Assembly: GCA_013239625.1 (NCBI GenBank)
Contig: MU054187.1
Coordinates: 7,327,757 to 7,391,756 of the forward strand
Direction of reading: 5' to 3'
DNA from: Lama guanicoe
Taxonomy: Eukaryota
DNA length: 64,000 nt
Both the position numbers and the translations under genes were made by a program. The notes beneath the pieces are model-generated. The model saw only the letters and a list, made by a program, of their open reading frames with translations. It was not told the DNA's origin and made no database searches. Below are positions 26,631 through 55,690 of this stretch, piece by piece (position 1 is the stretch's first letter; every line of letters begins with the position of its first letter).

Positions 26631-29600
26631 ACCACCTAGAATTTGCCTAATTTCCTCTGAACTACCCGTTCAGACATTTGCTTCCCCTCCTCTGCCTTGC
26701 TCTTCATAAGCCTTAACATCCAGAACCGTCGTGGTGGTGAGGGAAGGAATGCTCCAGCATCGGTCTCTGGGCAAAGAGAGCCTGAAGCGGGTTTGAGGAG
26801 ATCGCAAACGAGTTGTCTCCTCAAAGGGAGAGAGCAACCCATTCAGTGAGGCTCCACTAAGGAACTCAGCAGGCCGCTGGAGGATGGGGAGGGGGCGGCG
26901 GAGACAACTGAATGAAGTCAGGGGAGCTACCTAACGTGACTTACACCCAGAAGCTCCATCGAGTCACATTTAGGCATCCATTTCCATTTGGTGAAGCCAG
27001 TAAGTTTAATAAAGCAGGACATTTCAGGGGTGGACAATGGCTCATAAATCACATGCCCCCCGAAAATGTTCTTCTCTAGCATCTTCCCAGGCAGAACACT
27101 TGCTAAAAACAGAACCCAAGGGACCATGCAGAATGACAGCCGCAGGCTTCTTTAGCTAAGCCCCGCTCTAACTAGTTCCCCCTGGTTCACAGAGGGCAGA
27201 GGGAAGCTGGGCGGAGCAAATCTCTGCTCTGCCCCTTCCTGTGAACTTGTACTGGAGTGTTTGAAACCGAGTGTTTCCTCACTAAAAAGTCCAGAAGGGG
27301 CACCTCTTGGCAAGTCCTTCACTCTTTATGGCCTCACCTAGATGGAAGGAAATTAATGTTGCTTGCCTAGAATCCAGGGGAAATATATATAAGGGAACAC
27401 AAGTTTTAAAAGTGGTTGAGAAAGCAAAACAAAACTTTAATTTGAAATGATATAATGTTTAGCTCAAATTAGAAGACAGTAAAGATTAAAATGAGCTTTG
27501 AAAAACCCAATTTAAAAAAAAAGCATAACACTGGAATTAAAACTCCAAAAATAAGGTAAAGAATGATCATCAATCCATCGCACCTCATTCCCATACTTTT
27601 AAAGGAGGGTGGGTCCAGGAAGAGATCTTTCGTTTTGCTAAGGGAGGGTGGGTTATGGATGTAGAGGAACCCTGGGGTGAGACATAATAAAGGAGGAGGG
27701 AGACAGAAAGAAACGGGAGGAACAAGCTTAGGCAAAAGAGAAAGACTGTTGAAAGGTACACTGAGGTTTTGTTGTGTGATCTACAATTTAGCCCCCTTTT
27801 CCGTTTCTACAGGAAAGCTTTACATGAAGTCTACATTATTGATGTTTGATTATGTGTTTGGGTGTTGTGTGTGTGTAGGAGTGAAGCGTGTCTCAGCACA
27901 GCGACTGGGTGAGGGCAGAGGCAGCTGAAGGAGGCCCAGTTACGTGGGCATCAGTACAGACGTTCACGTAACAAGGGGCTGAGTGAGGCTGAGGGGAAGT
28001 GGTAGCGTCTGTGGACTTCAGGACCACCTGCCTAACTGTCAGGGAATGTTGGGTGGCTTCTATCAGTGACAAAAACTCGCCAAGCAAAGAGGTGGATGTA
28101 ACTCTGGCTAAAGCAGCGAGGAGAGTGGCCCAGATGTGTATCAGGGTGCCTCACTCAGGAGGGTGGTTTTGCCTCAGACCTTCACGGGATGGAGTGGGCA
28201 CGTGGCTTCCTGGAGAATTTGCAGTAGAGGTTGTTCTTCAAGAGAAGTCTCAGATATCTGAACAGGAACTGTTTTTCTCTGTAGTTAGCAAGTGTCAGGA
28301 GGACAAAGAGGTTTAACCTTAGCTAATCAATCATGACAAATAGTTCTAATCACAGCTAATTAATAAGGAGGCAAAGAGTGGGAAATTAGAGACCTTGCCA
28401 GCAAGTCTGGGCGAAAGACAAGGGTCTGTGTGTGTTGGTCTCGTCAAACAAACATAGTTCGCCTCAGGACAGTCTTAGGGATTAGAGTAATTTCTGAGGA
28501 ATTTAGGTCAGGATACAAAATACACTTCACCTCCCTTCCCCATCACCCCTCCCATCCTGAGATGTCTTGTGTGGAAGGGGTGGTATTTTTGGAAAAGGTT
28601 GGTGTGCCGAGAGTATAGGAGGGGTGCGGAGTCCTGCAGGGTGAGGATGGAAAAACTGGTCGAGCCTGGTTGTGAAGGGCCTCGGGGGCCAATGAGCAAC
28701 TCACCCCGCACTCACGCGTGCTGCTCCAGCGGAAGGTCAGGGGACACGATCTTGCAGAAGGAGAGCTGCAGCGGTGGCAGGAGGACACAAAGGCAGGAGC
28801 AGCGGGCAACCGGCGGCCCCACGCAGCGCGATGAGCGGTGATCAGCCTTAGAGCCGGGCCGGGGCCAGACGTTTCCAGGCGGGACTGACAGAACCTGGTG
28901 GCCGCGGGTCCCTGCCGCCCGGGGAATTGGGTCCGTTAGGAGCGCCGTTGTGCTGCGCGGAGCGTGGATTTACAGCCCGGCCAGCCGAGTTCTGTCTCAC
29001 TCTGGCCCTTACTAGCGCTGTGATTCTGAGCAAGGAATGGACACTTTCAGCGCTCAGTTGTCTTCTGTAAAAATAGGCATAATGCCACTTGCCTCTTTTT
29101 TTTTTCAGCAAAGATAGAACAGCACATGTATGTGACTCGAATATAGTGCCTGGCGCAAAATAAGCAATTCATACATTCGAGTGCCCTTCAGCTGGCATTC
29201 AAGGCCTCCCGTATTTTGTTTGCCAAGCATCTTTCTAGGCAGAAGGCCCACCCTCCTGCGCCATTCCCCTCCCCCCAAAAATACAGGCCAATGAATGCTC
29301 TCTCAGATGTGACCCACTCTTTCTCATCTCTAAGTCTTTGCTCCGGCTGTTTCTTGGAATAGCTTCCCTCTTCCAGTTCTGACTGCCAGTGATGGGGAAG
29401 TCAGTTCTCCTGAAATGCTCTGCTTCAAATAGCGCCTTCTGTAAGAACACATTCTGAGTTAGCCCAGGTGGGAATGACTCTTCGTTCTGTTAAACTCCCA
29501 AAGCACTTCATTGGAACCACTCTAAAGGCTCTTCCACCATACAGGTATCCCTGCTTTTGGAAAGTTTTCTTTATGCCATTTTTGCAAGCCACATTTGTTT

Positions 29601-30754
29601 CCATTTTCACTAACCAAAAGAAATCCAATGAGAGTTTTTGCTTTTACAGAAAAAAAAAAGTGAAGTCTTAATAGTGCTCAGTGTTCGTTTCGCGGTGAGC
29701 CATTATAGGGACAGCGCAGCAAGAAGGGGCCCCGCCGCGCTCCTTACCTGGGAACCACACTCAGCATCTCAGAAGCCATAGCTCTGAACCGTGTCTGTGA
29801 GCATCTGTGCTTTATCTTGATTAATTTTGTATATCCATTAGCTTTACTCCATCCTGGCTTAAGAAAGTTTTAGTAGGAAAGGTCTACTTTCAGATACCAG
29901 GGGAAACATGTACTGTACTTTATCTTGCTATTTTGGATAAATATTTCCTCTCTTCCAGGTAGCATCGAGTTAATTTTTCCATTCACTATAGGACTTAATT
30001 CAATGTTATTGAATTATTATTAATTACAGTGTTATTAGAAGTAGATATTTAATAGCCAGATGCAGATGATGGACTCGGAGAGAGAAGAGGAGAGCAGTCA
30101 GTCAAGTGCTAGCCTTCGGGGAGGGAGGAGGGTGTGCCCTTGCTAACCAGGGAATTAGTGGGGAGGTACTGCTGCCAATCCTAATTTTACTGCCATCATG
30201 TCTGGTTCCGTCTTTGTAAGTCATAATTCCCCCACGGCATGTAAGTGGGGCGAAATTCAGTATATAAGGCCAGTAAGGAGTGTTTCAGACAACTCTATTA
30301 TTACTAGTTTGCTGAGTTTGGGGCTTGTTTGTATGTGTGACCTGTTTTGTGAGCTCCTGGTTTAATTCAGGTAGGTGGCAAAGATGTTACTTGCTCTAGG
30401 GCTTCAGTGTTATTTCTGTAAGAAAAATAGTTTGACAATTGAAATCATGATCCGGGCTAATAGCAGTTTTAAAATCAAATTATCTCATAAAGTGACACAC
30501 TCTAGCTTCTGAAGTATGCATGGCTTAGTTTTATGAAATTAACCTATGGTCCCTTTAAGCACAGCAAGATGGGAGAAGATGGTGTTGAGCTGAGCAGCAG
30601 GGAAAAACCAAGCTGCAATGTTTGTGTAATGGACAACTAGACGCAGTAATTTTTTCTTAAACTTTTCTGTAAGGAAAAGTAGTTTTTGAAAAAGAATACC
30701 TAACATTCATATTGAAAAATGAAAAACAAACAGCTGCAGTTTGTGTGAAAGATC

Positions 30755-30760
30755 TTTATT
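30755..30760 (-). terminator. Candidate TTPA polyadenylation signal AATAAA (3' UTR about 1.85 kb)
   Basis: AATAAA on the minus strand followed about 20 nt later by GU/U-rich TGTTTGTTTTTC, at the end of an AT-rich UTR-like tract. Other AATAAA hexamers occur nearer the stop. Confidence 0.6.
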
Positions 30761-32609
30761 TTCTTTTGAACAATATTAAAACAAATAAATTATCATGCAG
30801 TTCAGTAACACAATGAGCACGTGTTAATCCTTTAAAAGGCACATATGGTGCAATCACAGTAAAGTAATAGAGACAGTTCAACAGTTGTTTATCTTGCCAC
30901 CTTATACAATTATCTGCTTATTTCACATTGTTCTTTTGATGTCCTTCAGTGAACTTTTGCATTTTATAAAAAATTCAAAGTCCTATCATGAAATATACTT
31001 CTATTGGTTGGCTTATTTTAATTCTCTTTACTGTTAACATCACCAATGAATCATATTTAAAAGATATTTAAAAATAGTACCTTTTATTCTTGTGCTAAAG
31101 TAATCATTCCTTCACAGTGTCGTAAAAAAGTGTTTTAAGCACCCAAATGTAAATTAAGTGGAACTTGGTGATGTAAACCTTCTTCTAGGAATAAAATTGG
31201 GGTAAACCAGGGCTTTTTGTGGTTATTGTTTATACTTTTTAAATGGTTTTATTCTGCCATTATTTTTAATTACACAATTTTAAACTGTGTGATTTGGTAA
31301 AGAAGACTTTAACGTTTTTATAGAAAACAGGCACGATCTAATTTTTAAAATAAAAGTTATAACATAAACTTCGCTTCCCAATGCTAAATCAAACACGTTC
31401 TCTAAAGAACATTCCCAGTCACTCTCAATTTTTCACAGATACGTGTACAGAGAATCCTAACTACCGGCTCACCTGATTAGAATGATTATCTTATGAAGAA
31501 AAACGCCCTTTACATGTTCTTTCACAAAGATACTATTGTATGATTAATGTTGAAACCCAACTAAGCTAACAGATGTTTAACAAATTTTGTACGCTGTGTC
31601 CTTTCATTTTCATGTTTAAAATAAAACTGAAAAATTATAAAATACCATTAAAATTGTCATCAACTGAAAGCAATATTGACATATCTTTCTCAATAAATGA
31701 AATATGTTTTGACACAGCTATAGTACAAACAGCACATTCTAACTACTGGTTAGGTTAAGTAAATATAAATTGTTGAATTTGGCTAGAAATTCCGATAATA
31801 TAGTAAAACTCAGATTATTTCATGAGTAATCTGAAAAGGTCCAGGTGTAATTAACACTGATTTAAAAAATGTAAACATTTCCTTTCCCTTGTGTAGCTGC
31901 GTTATTGTTCAATTAAAAATAAGAGTTCATGCACACGACAACTAAACATTATTCCATCTCTAAATCTCTATGTGGTCAATTATATCAACATGAGTCATTT
32001 CACAGAGACCTACAGATGCTACGTACGATAGTTTATCACATGTAGACTCTTCAATCAAAAGTTTATTGTGCAAATATGCTAAAAAAGAATTTCCCTGAGA
32101 TGAACTACCTTTCTGGCCCACAGAAATAACTATGTAGAAATGATTCAGATTTTAATCTGATTTATAATCTAATCTGACACATCCAAAATGAGTGTGAATA
32201 GACTTTTTATCATCAGTTGATTGATGCTAATATTTCTGTTCAGTGGACTAGTCATACATTTATAACCAAGCCAGTGTAACCAGAGAACTTGTTCAAAATA
32301 AAACTCTTCAGAAACACACGAAGGTGCACACGAGTAGGTACTTGAGAGATAACTTTCTTGCAAGTGCAAAAATCAGGAATCTCTTTTATAAGCTTTCAGG
32401 ATATACTAACATTTAATTACTTCAAAGGTAAAGAAAATGCATTTAACAAGTAAAGAAGTTTCCCAAATACCCATGCTGCTCAAGTTAGATTTTTTACATT
32501 AAAACAGTCAATCAGAAAAGCATTAATTAGTTTTAAAAGTTCTTTTCCTTTCACTCATATAACCAGATCAGATCTCACTCATGTATCTTGAATTAGGAAG
32601 CCATTCACA

Positions 32610-47276
<14,667 letters not shown>

Positions 47277-47499
47277 CCCGGGCCGCCGACACCCACGCTC
47301 CGCTCCGCCCCTGCGGGGGGCCGCCGCGCCCCGGGGACCACGTGGTGTCCCCACCGTGCTCACCGTCCTGGAAGCGCTGGGTAGTAACCCCAGCCCTTCC
47401 CAGTGAAGGGGGTCACTGGTGTTCAACGCCGAGGGGAGGATGTCAGAAAGTTTGCCCGCACTGGTTGCGATCGGGATGTTTTGACAATAATCTATTGAA

Positions 47500-47716
47500 C
47501 TTTTGTTTTTCCTTCCTTTCTTCCGTCTTTCTTTCTTCCCTTCTCTCCCTCCCTTCTTTCTTCCTTTCCCTTTTTCTTTCTTTCCTTCCTCCATGTCTCT
47601 CCTCCGTCCCTCCTTTTCTTTTCTTTTTCCTTCCTTCCTTCCTATGTTCTTCTGTTCCTGTCTATCTCTGTCTCTCTCTCCCTCTCCTTCTCTCTCCCTC
47701 TTCCTCTCTCTCTCTG
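47500..47716. repeat. Polypyrimidine microsatellite (TTCC/TTTC/CT)n upstream of TTPA
   Basis: Directly visible low-complexity tract. Confidence 0.95.
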
Positions 47717-48256
47717 TCCCCTGGAGCTGGAAGGAGCCTTAGACCAACCATTTAAAGGACGGCTCGTTGCAGACTCGCTCCTGAGCCCTTCTCCTGACCC
47801 CTTCCATGAAGGCTTCAAACGGACTCCTCACCTCAAACTGTGTTATCAAAGTGGCTTCCAAAATGCACATCCCCACACGCTACCTTCACTGACTCATGAC
47901 TCTTCCCTTTGCTCCCAGTCCAGGCAAAGTCTTCTCAGTTCTTGGCACTTTGCTCTACCAATGACCTGTACAAATAAACGACTAGCAATTACCAAAACAA
48001 GTTTTGAACACTCTGTACTTCCTCTGTTACGTTCCGCCACCATGTCTATCTAGTCCCTCAGCAGATAGTCCAAAGTCCTCATATGACATCATCTAAGTGA
48101 TCCAGATGAGGAAGATGAAAGAGGAAAATTATGTGAAGCCAGAAATATTGTTAAACTGGTCTTTTCTTGATCTCTACCCATTATAACTACCTGAGAATTG
48201 ACCTGTCTTCCCAAGGGGGACTCTGTGAGACAGACTAATTCTTACTGAATATATAC

Positions 48257-48732
48257 TGAGGCGGGAAGCCCCATAAAAAGACTGGCAGGACCCCCAAGCA
48301 GGGCCACTACTCTCCTGCCAGCACCATGCGGTTCTCTGGCCCAGAAGCTCTATCTCACTTTTTGCCTCTGAAACAGCTTACTTACACCTAAAATTCTATT
48401 GGTTCCCTGAGCTCACTCATGATTGGTTATTTCCTTCACTCCTGATTGGTTATTTCTCTCCCTCCTGATTGGTCCATCTCTACAAGCTTGTTCCTAATTA
48501 GTCAACTTTCATTATACCTCATTTGCATATGATGTTGCAAAGTGGAAACTAACAGCCTATAAAAGCCAGTGTAAACCTACAGACGGAGTCCAGAGCTGGG
48601 ATTCTTTAGGCCCACTGGCGTAGTAAACCTGAGTTCTCCAACTCTCGGAGTGCTGCTTGGTCTCTCGCCCAGATCCAGGTTGCTGTCACAGCTGAGCTGT
48701 AACACCGAGCTGTAACATATTTTTTCACAACA
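48257..48732 (+). mobile_element. Solo LTR, probably ERV class I (476 bp)
   Basis: TG...CA termini with a 4-bp TSD ATAC (48253-48256 / 48733-48736). Four ATTGG boxes, octamer at 48521-48528, TATAAAA at 48558-48564 and AGTAAA at 48622-48627. Confidence 0.88.
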
Positions 48733-49605
48733 ATACTATGTGACAGGTAAATGCTAGAAATCACATTAGGAAGAAGGTACTAATCAAAAGGGGTAGACTG
48801 CAAAGCCTTACTTGGAGCTCAAATAATTGAAAATACAAGGAAAGCCAGTCTTTAGCAGTTTAAAATGTTTAAAAGTAAATTAGTGAGAAAGAGTGTATAT
48901 AGCATATTTTCTTCTCTTTCAACTTTTCCCAGCACATTCTTCTTAGTAATTAGCAATGCTTTTTTTGAAATTGGGCAGAAAGTTCAGTGAGAGAGCCCGG
49001 AGGTAGCTAGAGTATCAGCACTATAGCATCCTTTTTTGGAAGTGAGTGTGGAGTGTGGGTATAGAGTCCAATTTGGTTAGGTCTGCATTTGTGAAACTCT
49101 GACAAGATAAACACAAAAGAACGTTTGCTGGTTGATTTTAATCGATTGCCACAAATCGATGCGAACAAACGTGGAGCCCAGATGGCCGTGAGAGACGGCT
49201 CCTAACAGCCCAGAGGTAGCAGTGGTAGCAGTGGATATTTGTAGCCAAAATGTGAAGCAATCTGAGTGTCTGCAGTTAGTGCCACGGAAGAAAAAGGCAA
49301 AGAGAAAGAAACAAAGATGGAGAAGTGTTGGCATGACTCCTAAACTAAAACATGGTAACTTTTTGCTAACGCAGACCATGTTTGGGTTTTTCAACAACGT
49401 ATCTTATATCTGTACAGAAATGTAAGACTTCTTGGCACAAGTTTTCCAGAGATGTTATTTTTTGTTTTGAAGTGTTTTCAATTTCTCGTCATTCCTATGT
49501 TACCTTGGTGAGCTCACCTGCTTACTGCAGGTGCATCCAGATCGCTGGTACAAAGATTCCAAAGGGGTTTCTGGAACTAGTGGTATGTAAACCACGATGG
49601 AAGAG

Positions 49606-49726
49606 GGGTTGAGTATAGTTCAGTGGTAGAGCACATGCTTAGCATGCATGACATCCTGGATTCAATTCCCAGTACCTCCATCCAAAAAAAAAAAAAAGGC
49701 TAAAGAACAAACCAAAACAAGAAACA
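49606..49726 (+). mobile_element. tRNA-derived SINE (Vic-1-like)
   Basis: Same head with decayed A/B boxes and a poly-A tail; TSD atggaagag at 49597-49605 and 49727-49735. Confidence 0.9.
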
Positions 49727-50329
49727 ATGGAAGAGTTGGTTAATATTTGTACAAGCATCTTACAATTTACTCTGAAATTATTTAACAATTACTCATCAAC
49801 ATGTACTAATTCATAAGCATACCAATTAGTTTATTTTACTTTTAGCTTCACAAGAAAGACATAAATACTAATTATTATCACTATTAAGAGATAACTCCCC
49901 CAAAAGATGGAAATTATGACTCATATAGACAGAAGAATGAACACGTGTTAAAGATTCTATTTAACTTGTAAGCTGGGACCCAGGCAGATGTTACATGAGG
50001 CTCAGAGGAGAGGTCAAAATAACACATATTTATATGGAGGAAAGGGTGTTGAAATGAATGTGCTAATGGAGACAAAACTAACTTCTTCCCCAGTAAGGGA
50101 GAGAGGCCAATTGAAACTCTACTAGGTAGGGGCAGAATCTGCATGCTCTTAAAAGGAAATTATTTGCCATGGCCATCAGTGACCGCAGCTTACCTTGTTG
50201 TGAAATAACTTAGACCGAATCAGAATCAGATAGTGCAGAGGGTAAGCTCTGAAGTGTGTACAATGCAGAATTTTCCCCTGAAGCACATTTTCCCCCTGCA
50301 TTATGTGGGAAACTTTATTTACAATTTTT

Positions 50330-51760
50330 TAAAGTAATATTTACGGTGGAAAATTGTCAACATATGTAGAGAGAAGAGTAATGAATATTAATGAACCACC
50401 TGCTTCAAAAACCAATGATACTTTGCCTATCTGCCTCTCCTGCTTTTTAAAGAAGCTGTAGCATTTTAAAGATTGCCTACATTTTAAAGAATCATTTTCC
50501 CGGTAAACACTTATATGTGCCTTTTTTCTTTTTCTGTATATTGCCAAAAAATCATTTTGCACAAAAAATTCACAATTCCCCAATATCCTCTCATACTCAG
50601 TCTAAATTCAAATTTCCCTTATTATCTCAAAAATATCTCACTTAAGTTATCCAAATTAGGACCCGTGTAAATCCACACACTGCATTTGGTTGGTTAGCCT
50701 AAGTGTTAAAAATAGCTCTCCCTTTTTCTTTTAAATTTAAATACCATTAAATTGTTGGACTAGCCAGGTCAGTCTTCCTTAGGATCTACCACATGCTAGA
50801 TTTGGCTGATTGCTCCTTTGTGATCTCATTGAATTGTCCCCCTTTCCCCTGTGGTTTCTATAAATGATAAGTAGATCTAGATGTCTGATTAGATTTAGGT
50901 CCAATCTTACTTTGGCAAGAATATTTCATGAGGTGACTCTCCTTTGGATCTTTAAATCTTCTTTGCATAATGTCTGTGTTGTCCTCTTTATAGTTTACTA
51001 ATACTGATTTGTTGGTTTTGATGCTGTCGCCCTGATCCATCTGTTTGAAAGCTTTCCGTTTCCCTTTCACCTAGTGGCTTTAGCATCTCCTGACGACATT
51101 CTTTGCTTGGGCCCATTACTTTATTAGGGATTGCAGAATGGTCATTTTCCAACTTATCATTCTCTTCTCATCTATTAGAAGGACTTTTTCTATGAATAAG
51201 AACGTTCCCTTATCAATTATTTTGTTAACTTGAAATTCAGTTTTTATGGGGAAGGTAAGATCAATGTTTGATTTTCTCATTAACTGGTTGGCAGTATTTC
51301 CTAAGGCTGAAATTATTTATGCCTAATGACCAGCAATTTCAGTCCTATGTGTATATATACATACGTTCATATGTAAAACATACATACAACAAAATGTGTC
51401 TCTCTCTATCTATAACACATATGTTCAACAAAAACCTATATGTTCAACAAAAGACATGTAAAAAAAATGTTCTTAGGTGCTCTATTTGTGGTATCCCAAG
51501 TTGAAAACAAAGAAACTGTCCATCAACAGTAGGAAGGATAAATAAATTGTGGTATATTCAGGCACTCAAGCACTGTGTGTAATGAGAATGAACAAACTAA
51601 AACCACACACAGTGGGCATGCATCTCACAAACACAGAGCTGAGTTAAAGAAGACAGGCATGGAAGAGTTCCTGCTAGACTGCTCCCTCGATCACAAGCAT
51701 GAATTCTGGCAGAACCAGTGTGTGTTAGAAATCTGCAGAGTGGGTCCCCATGGGGGCTCT
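50330..51760. mobile_element. Old L1 3' fragments (antisense about 50330-51270, sense about 51290-51760)
   Basis: Decayed L1M-type motifs such as tgtccatcaacagtag..ggataaataaattgtggtatattca; boundaries approximate. Confidence 0.55.
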
Positions 51761-53479
51761 GTGCGGGGTGACTGGACGAGGAAAAAGATGCTGCCATTTT
51801 TGCTCATTTCTACTGGGTTGTCTTGGGTTCTAGGCGCTCTTAGTGGCGAGAACTAGAAAACGCATTGTTTTAAGCAGAAAAGACATCATCGTCAAAGTCA
51901 TACTAATTCTTCCCAACCAAACAGAAGCTTGCCGTGTTGTTACTGATCGACGTGGGTTGTAGGTTTGTGTCCCTGTTTTCTTCCACTGGAAATCTTACTA
52001 CTAATTGATACGTACATAGTTGCTTTTATGTTTTAATCATATAATGTAAAGGTTTTGAATTGGCAGGATCATTAGGATTTGCACGAGGAGAAGAGACAAT
52101 TCACAGGGCTAGCATCATTGCCTTCTGTCTTCACAGAGGTATGTTCTGCAGTTTTGTGGGACATTCTGGAGTTCAGGTTGTCAGTAACATGGGTTTCTGC
52201 ATTCCCTAAACTGCTCTGACCTTGGTGTTTTCCCAGTTAGGCAAGACTACCTTCTATGGAAATCTCATAGATTTCTATGCCTCAAGTGCCTTTTCTCCAG
52301 ATAAATTTGACAAAGAGTGACAATAACTGGCATCAAATAATTTAAAGAAACTGAAATTGAATTTTCTCAAATTTATCATGGCTTAATTCATGTATATGTG
52401 ATATCAAATATGCCTTTATTTTAAAATATTACTTTATTTGCTAGTATACATATAAAATATCCATGTAATTAAAACGATTAAAAATTGGCAGTATCAACAA
52501 TACTACTAAAAATAAGATTACTGAATGCTGGTAAAAATTTCTTTGTGGTACTTTCTGTCCTTAGGATTTGTTTGTGTGGAAATAAAAACTTTCTGCCTAA
52601 TGTTCCTATAAAAAGCCTTAGATCCACAGAAACATCTTCACATACGAAGAGAATTAAGTATGTAGCTGTGGGTCTAGTTAATTGCTCTGACCTGAAAGGA
52701 TGGGAAAACTTCTCTAATCTCCTGGAGAAAGCCAGATGACCACATCTCAGCTCCTAGGTTAAGTCCTGCTGGTGCCGGAGGGTCTGGAAGGGCTGCCCTG
52801 GGAACTAGGCAACATCCCTAAATAGTAGGAGCTGACAGTTGAAGAGAGACTAGTGCATCTGTTTGGCTCCTGGGGAGACTATTTACATACCAAAGATCTG
52901 TAAGTAGGTAAGGAGGAGACCCTCATAGGAGAGAGAACAGCTGCCTTTCCCCCTCTTTATCCAGAATAAGTCATTCTCCCTTAACTGTCTCCAGTGGGGG
53001 TACTGGACCACTCATGTAGTCAAACTCTCCTTTAGTTTTTATCGAGTTGCCCTGGGGTTAAAGACCAGGACAGGGGAACTAATTCACTTACTATTTACTG
53101 TAAACTTTCGGTAAGAACTCTGTCTCTGACCCAAAAAGCCGTGTGTGCACATTCAGGATAAAATGAATAATGATGAATATTAAAAACCCAAGTCTATCCT
53201 ATGAGGGGCATATGGTCAAATATTTGTGTTTTAAATTCACTTGAAGAAATGTTTTCTCTGTGGGGTTAATGCAACCAATTTTATCCATAAGTTTATTTGC
53301 CCCCTTCTCCTATATTTCCAAATAAGGTCAAATTCTGAGGTTCTGGGAAGGACATGAATTTGGGTTGGCACCAGCCCAGTACAAAATATGAGGATGTAAC
53401 GACTTCATGTTTCCCATACCTTTGATGTCCCTTTCTTGAACTGTTCTAAGTTATCTAATTTGAGGAGGCCATCTGCATC

Positions 53480-54050
53480 CGGTCAGAAACCTGAACCCTG
53501 TCTGACCAACCTGTGTGGCATGTTAAGATGACCAAGTTCTCTGGAAGACATTATGTAAGAAAGTAGGAGCGTTTGCATGACCCTGAGGTACGAGCAGGGC
53601 CCCCGCGGCATAAAGGCAGCCTGCTTCTGATTATCTCCGCTGATAGAAACTGGAGAGTGGTTTCTGTTGTTGTTTTGTTTTGTTTTAGGTCAATAGCACA
53701 ATGTTTATTTGCTCCAGTTAAGAAACCGTATCTTGGAACCTTAGCTACAACTGGCATCACCACCTGGTCAAGTCTGTAATAATCCACAGTCATCTTCTAA
53801 GACCCGCTTGGCTTTTGCTAGCTGAAGGAGCAAGCTCAACAGCTCCAGTCTCTGCCGTTACCAGGGGGATGTGGTACTGCTTCTGGGTTACTACCTTGCA
53901 GTATATTATCTACAAATGAGGTGGGGGGCGGGTGGGCTGAGAGCTAGGCGGTCCATTTCAAGAGCATCTTTTTGGCTCTTTCTACTAAAATAGCCCTTAC
54001 TCTATGGGTTACGCCCTATATGGGGATTCTGCTAGAGAGTCAATATGTGG
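53480..54050 (-). mobile_element. ERV-L internal pol (RT) relic
   Basis: MTVDYYRLDQVVMPVVAKVP resembles the ERV-L RT motif (W)RMTVDYRKLNQVV.PI.AAVP; heavily decayed. Confidence 0.75.
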
Positions 54051-55169
54051 GTAGCATCCCTATTTAGAATTGAGGAAATTAGGTCTCAAGAGGTCATTGC
54101 TGTGAAATCTAGTGCCACAAGCTCTTGAGTGCTGGGCAAGATGACTAAACCCAGTTCTGGGCATTACCGATCTGCCTGCCTGGGCTGCTGACATGTCAGG
54201 AAGGTGGGATGGTTATGCCTACTCCTTCTGGGGTAAGGTGTTTGACCCTGATTACATTTAAATTCCAGCAGCCAGGAATGAACCCTGGAACACATTCACT
54301 TACTCAAGTGCACATATTTGGCTTATCTGGACTCACAGAACCAAATTACATGCTGCTCATATTCCGTGATAACAGATGAAATCATCATTCCTGTGGTGAA
54401 GAGAAAAGGCCCTGGGCTTTGGAATCAGAAAGCCGGAGCTGGACTCTGATTCTGTTTCTCATCAGATGTGACTCTAAGGAAGTGCCTAGCTCCTCTCTGA
54501 ATGCGGTTCCTTCGATTATCTCACAGGGATGTTGCAAGGGACAAGTCACTCTTGCATGAGGTAATACACGTGAACGTGTGTTGTAGCAAATGCAAACGCA
54601 GGGTATCAGATAAGCGTAAAGCACCCTGCTGTTTGTTCAACATCTGTTCATTGTCAGATAGATTCATGTTATATATCTATTTCATGTCTGTATACTTTTA
54701 TGTATTATTATTTTGATCTTTGCTACAACCTGCCAAAATTCTCACACACATTCTTTGTTTTATGACTCTGGCATTGAGCTCTAAATTAGCAGACTTACCA
54801 GTTTAAATCAGCTAATTTTGTGCCTGCTAATTCACTACCCACATTCCAGAATGACTTTATCTCAGGATCACATATAGTATCTTCCATTTACCATCCTTGT
54901 CCTACCTTAAACAGTGACGCCTAATTCTAGCCCAAGTCCTTGACCCTCATTTCATTTCTTCTAAGGTACACATTTCCCCCCATTTTACATCTCTGAAGTT
55001 GGGAGGTATATCTGAGTGGCTTCCTATAATTGCTATTGTTGTGACAGAGTAGCTGTTGCTTGGGAACATAAAAGGGCAGCATGAAGATGTGCAGAGGGAG
55101 TGAGTGACATGGAAGCCATCTGGAGATAAAATAGTAGAGCAAACTTTTTGTGTGTTGAAAAATATACAT

Positions 55170-55690
55170 GAGAAAATATCAGTTTTATCATAAGTGTACA
55201 GTTAGGCGGAATTAAGTACATTCACAAGGTATTCACCACTACCTAGTCCAAAAACGTCTTCATGACCCTCAGCCAAAACTCTGCACCCATGAAACGATAA
55301 CTCTTCTACCCCCAGCCCCAGCGCAATGTAACCTCTTTTCTACTCTGCTTCTGTTAACTTGCCTATTATAGTATCTCATATAAATGAAATCATACAGTAT
55401 TTGTCCTTCTGTGTTTGACTTATTTTACTTAACATGATGTTTTCAAGATCCATTCATGTTGTAGCAAATATCAAAATTGCATTTCTTTTCATGGCTGAAT
55501 AATATTTCATTGTATGTATAGACTACATTTTCTTTTCCTTCTCTCGATGGACACTTGGGTTGTTTCCACCTTTTGGCTACCGTGACTGATGAAGCCATGA
55601 GCATTGGTGTGCAAGTATCTGTTTTTGAGTCCCCACCTTCAGGTCCTCTGGATGCATACCTGCGAGTGGACCTTCTGTATGGAAGTTCTG
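55170..55690 (-). mobile_element. L1 3' fragment, antisense
   Basis: Decayed ORF2 C-terminus (TCTPMLMA..TVAKRWKQPKCPS) and 3' UTR motifs. Confidence 0.85.
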
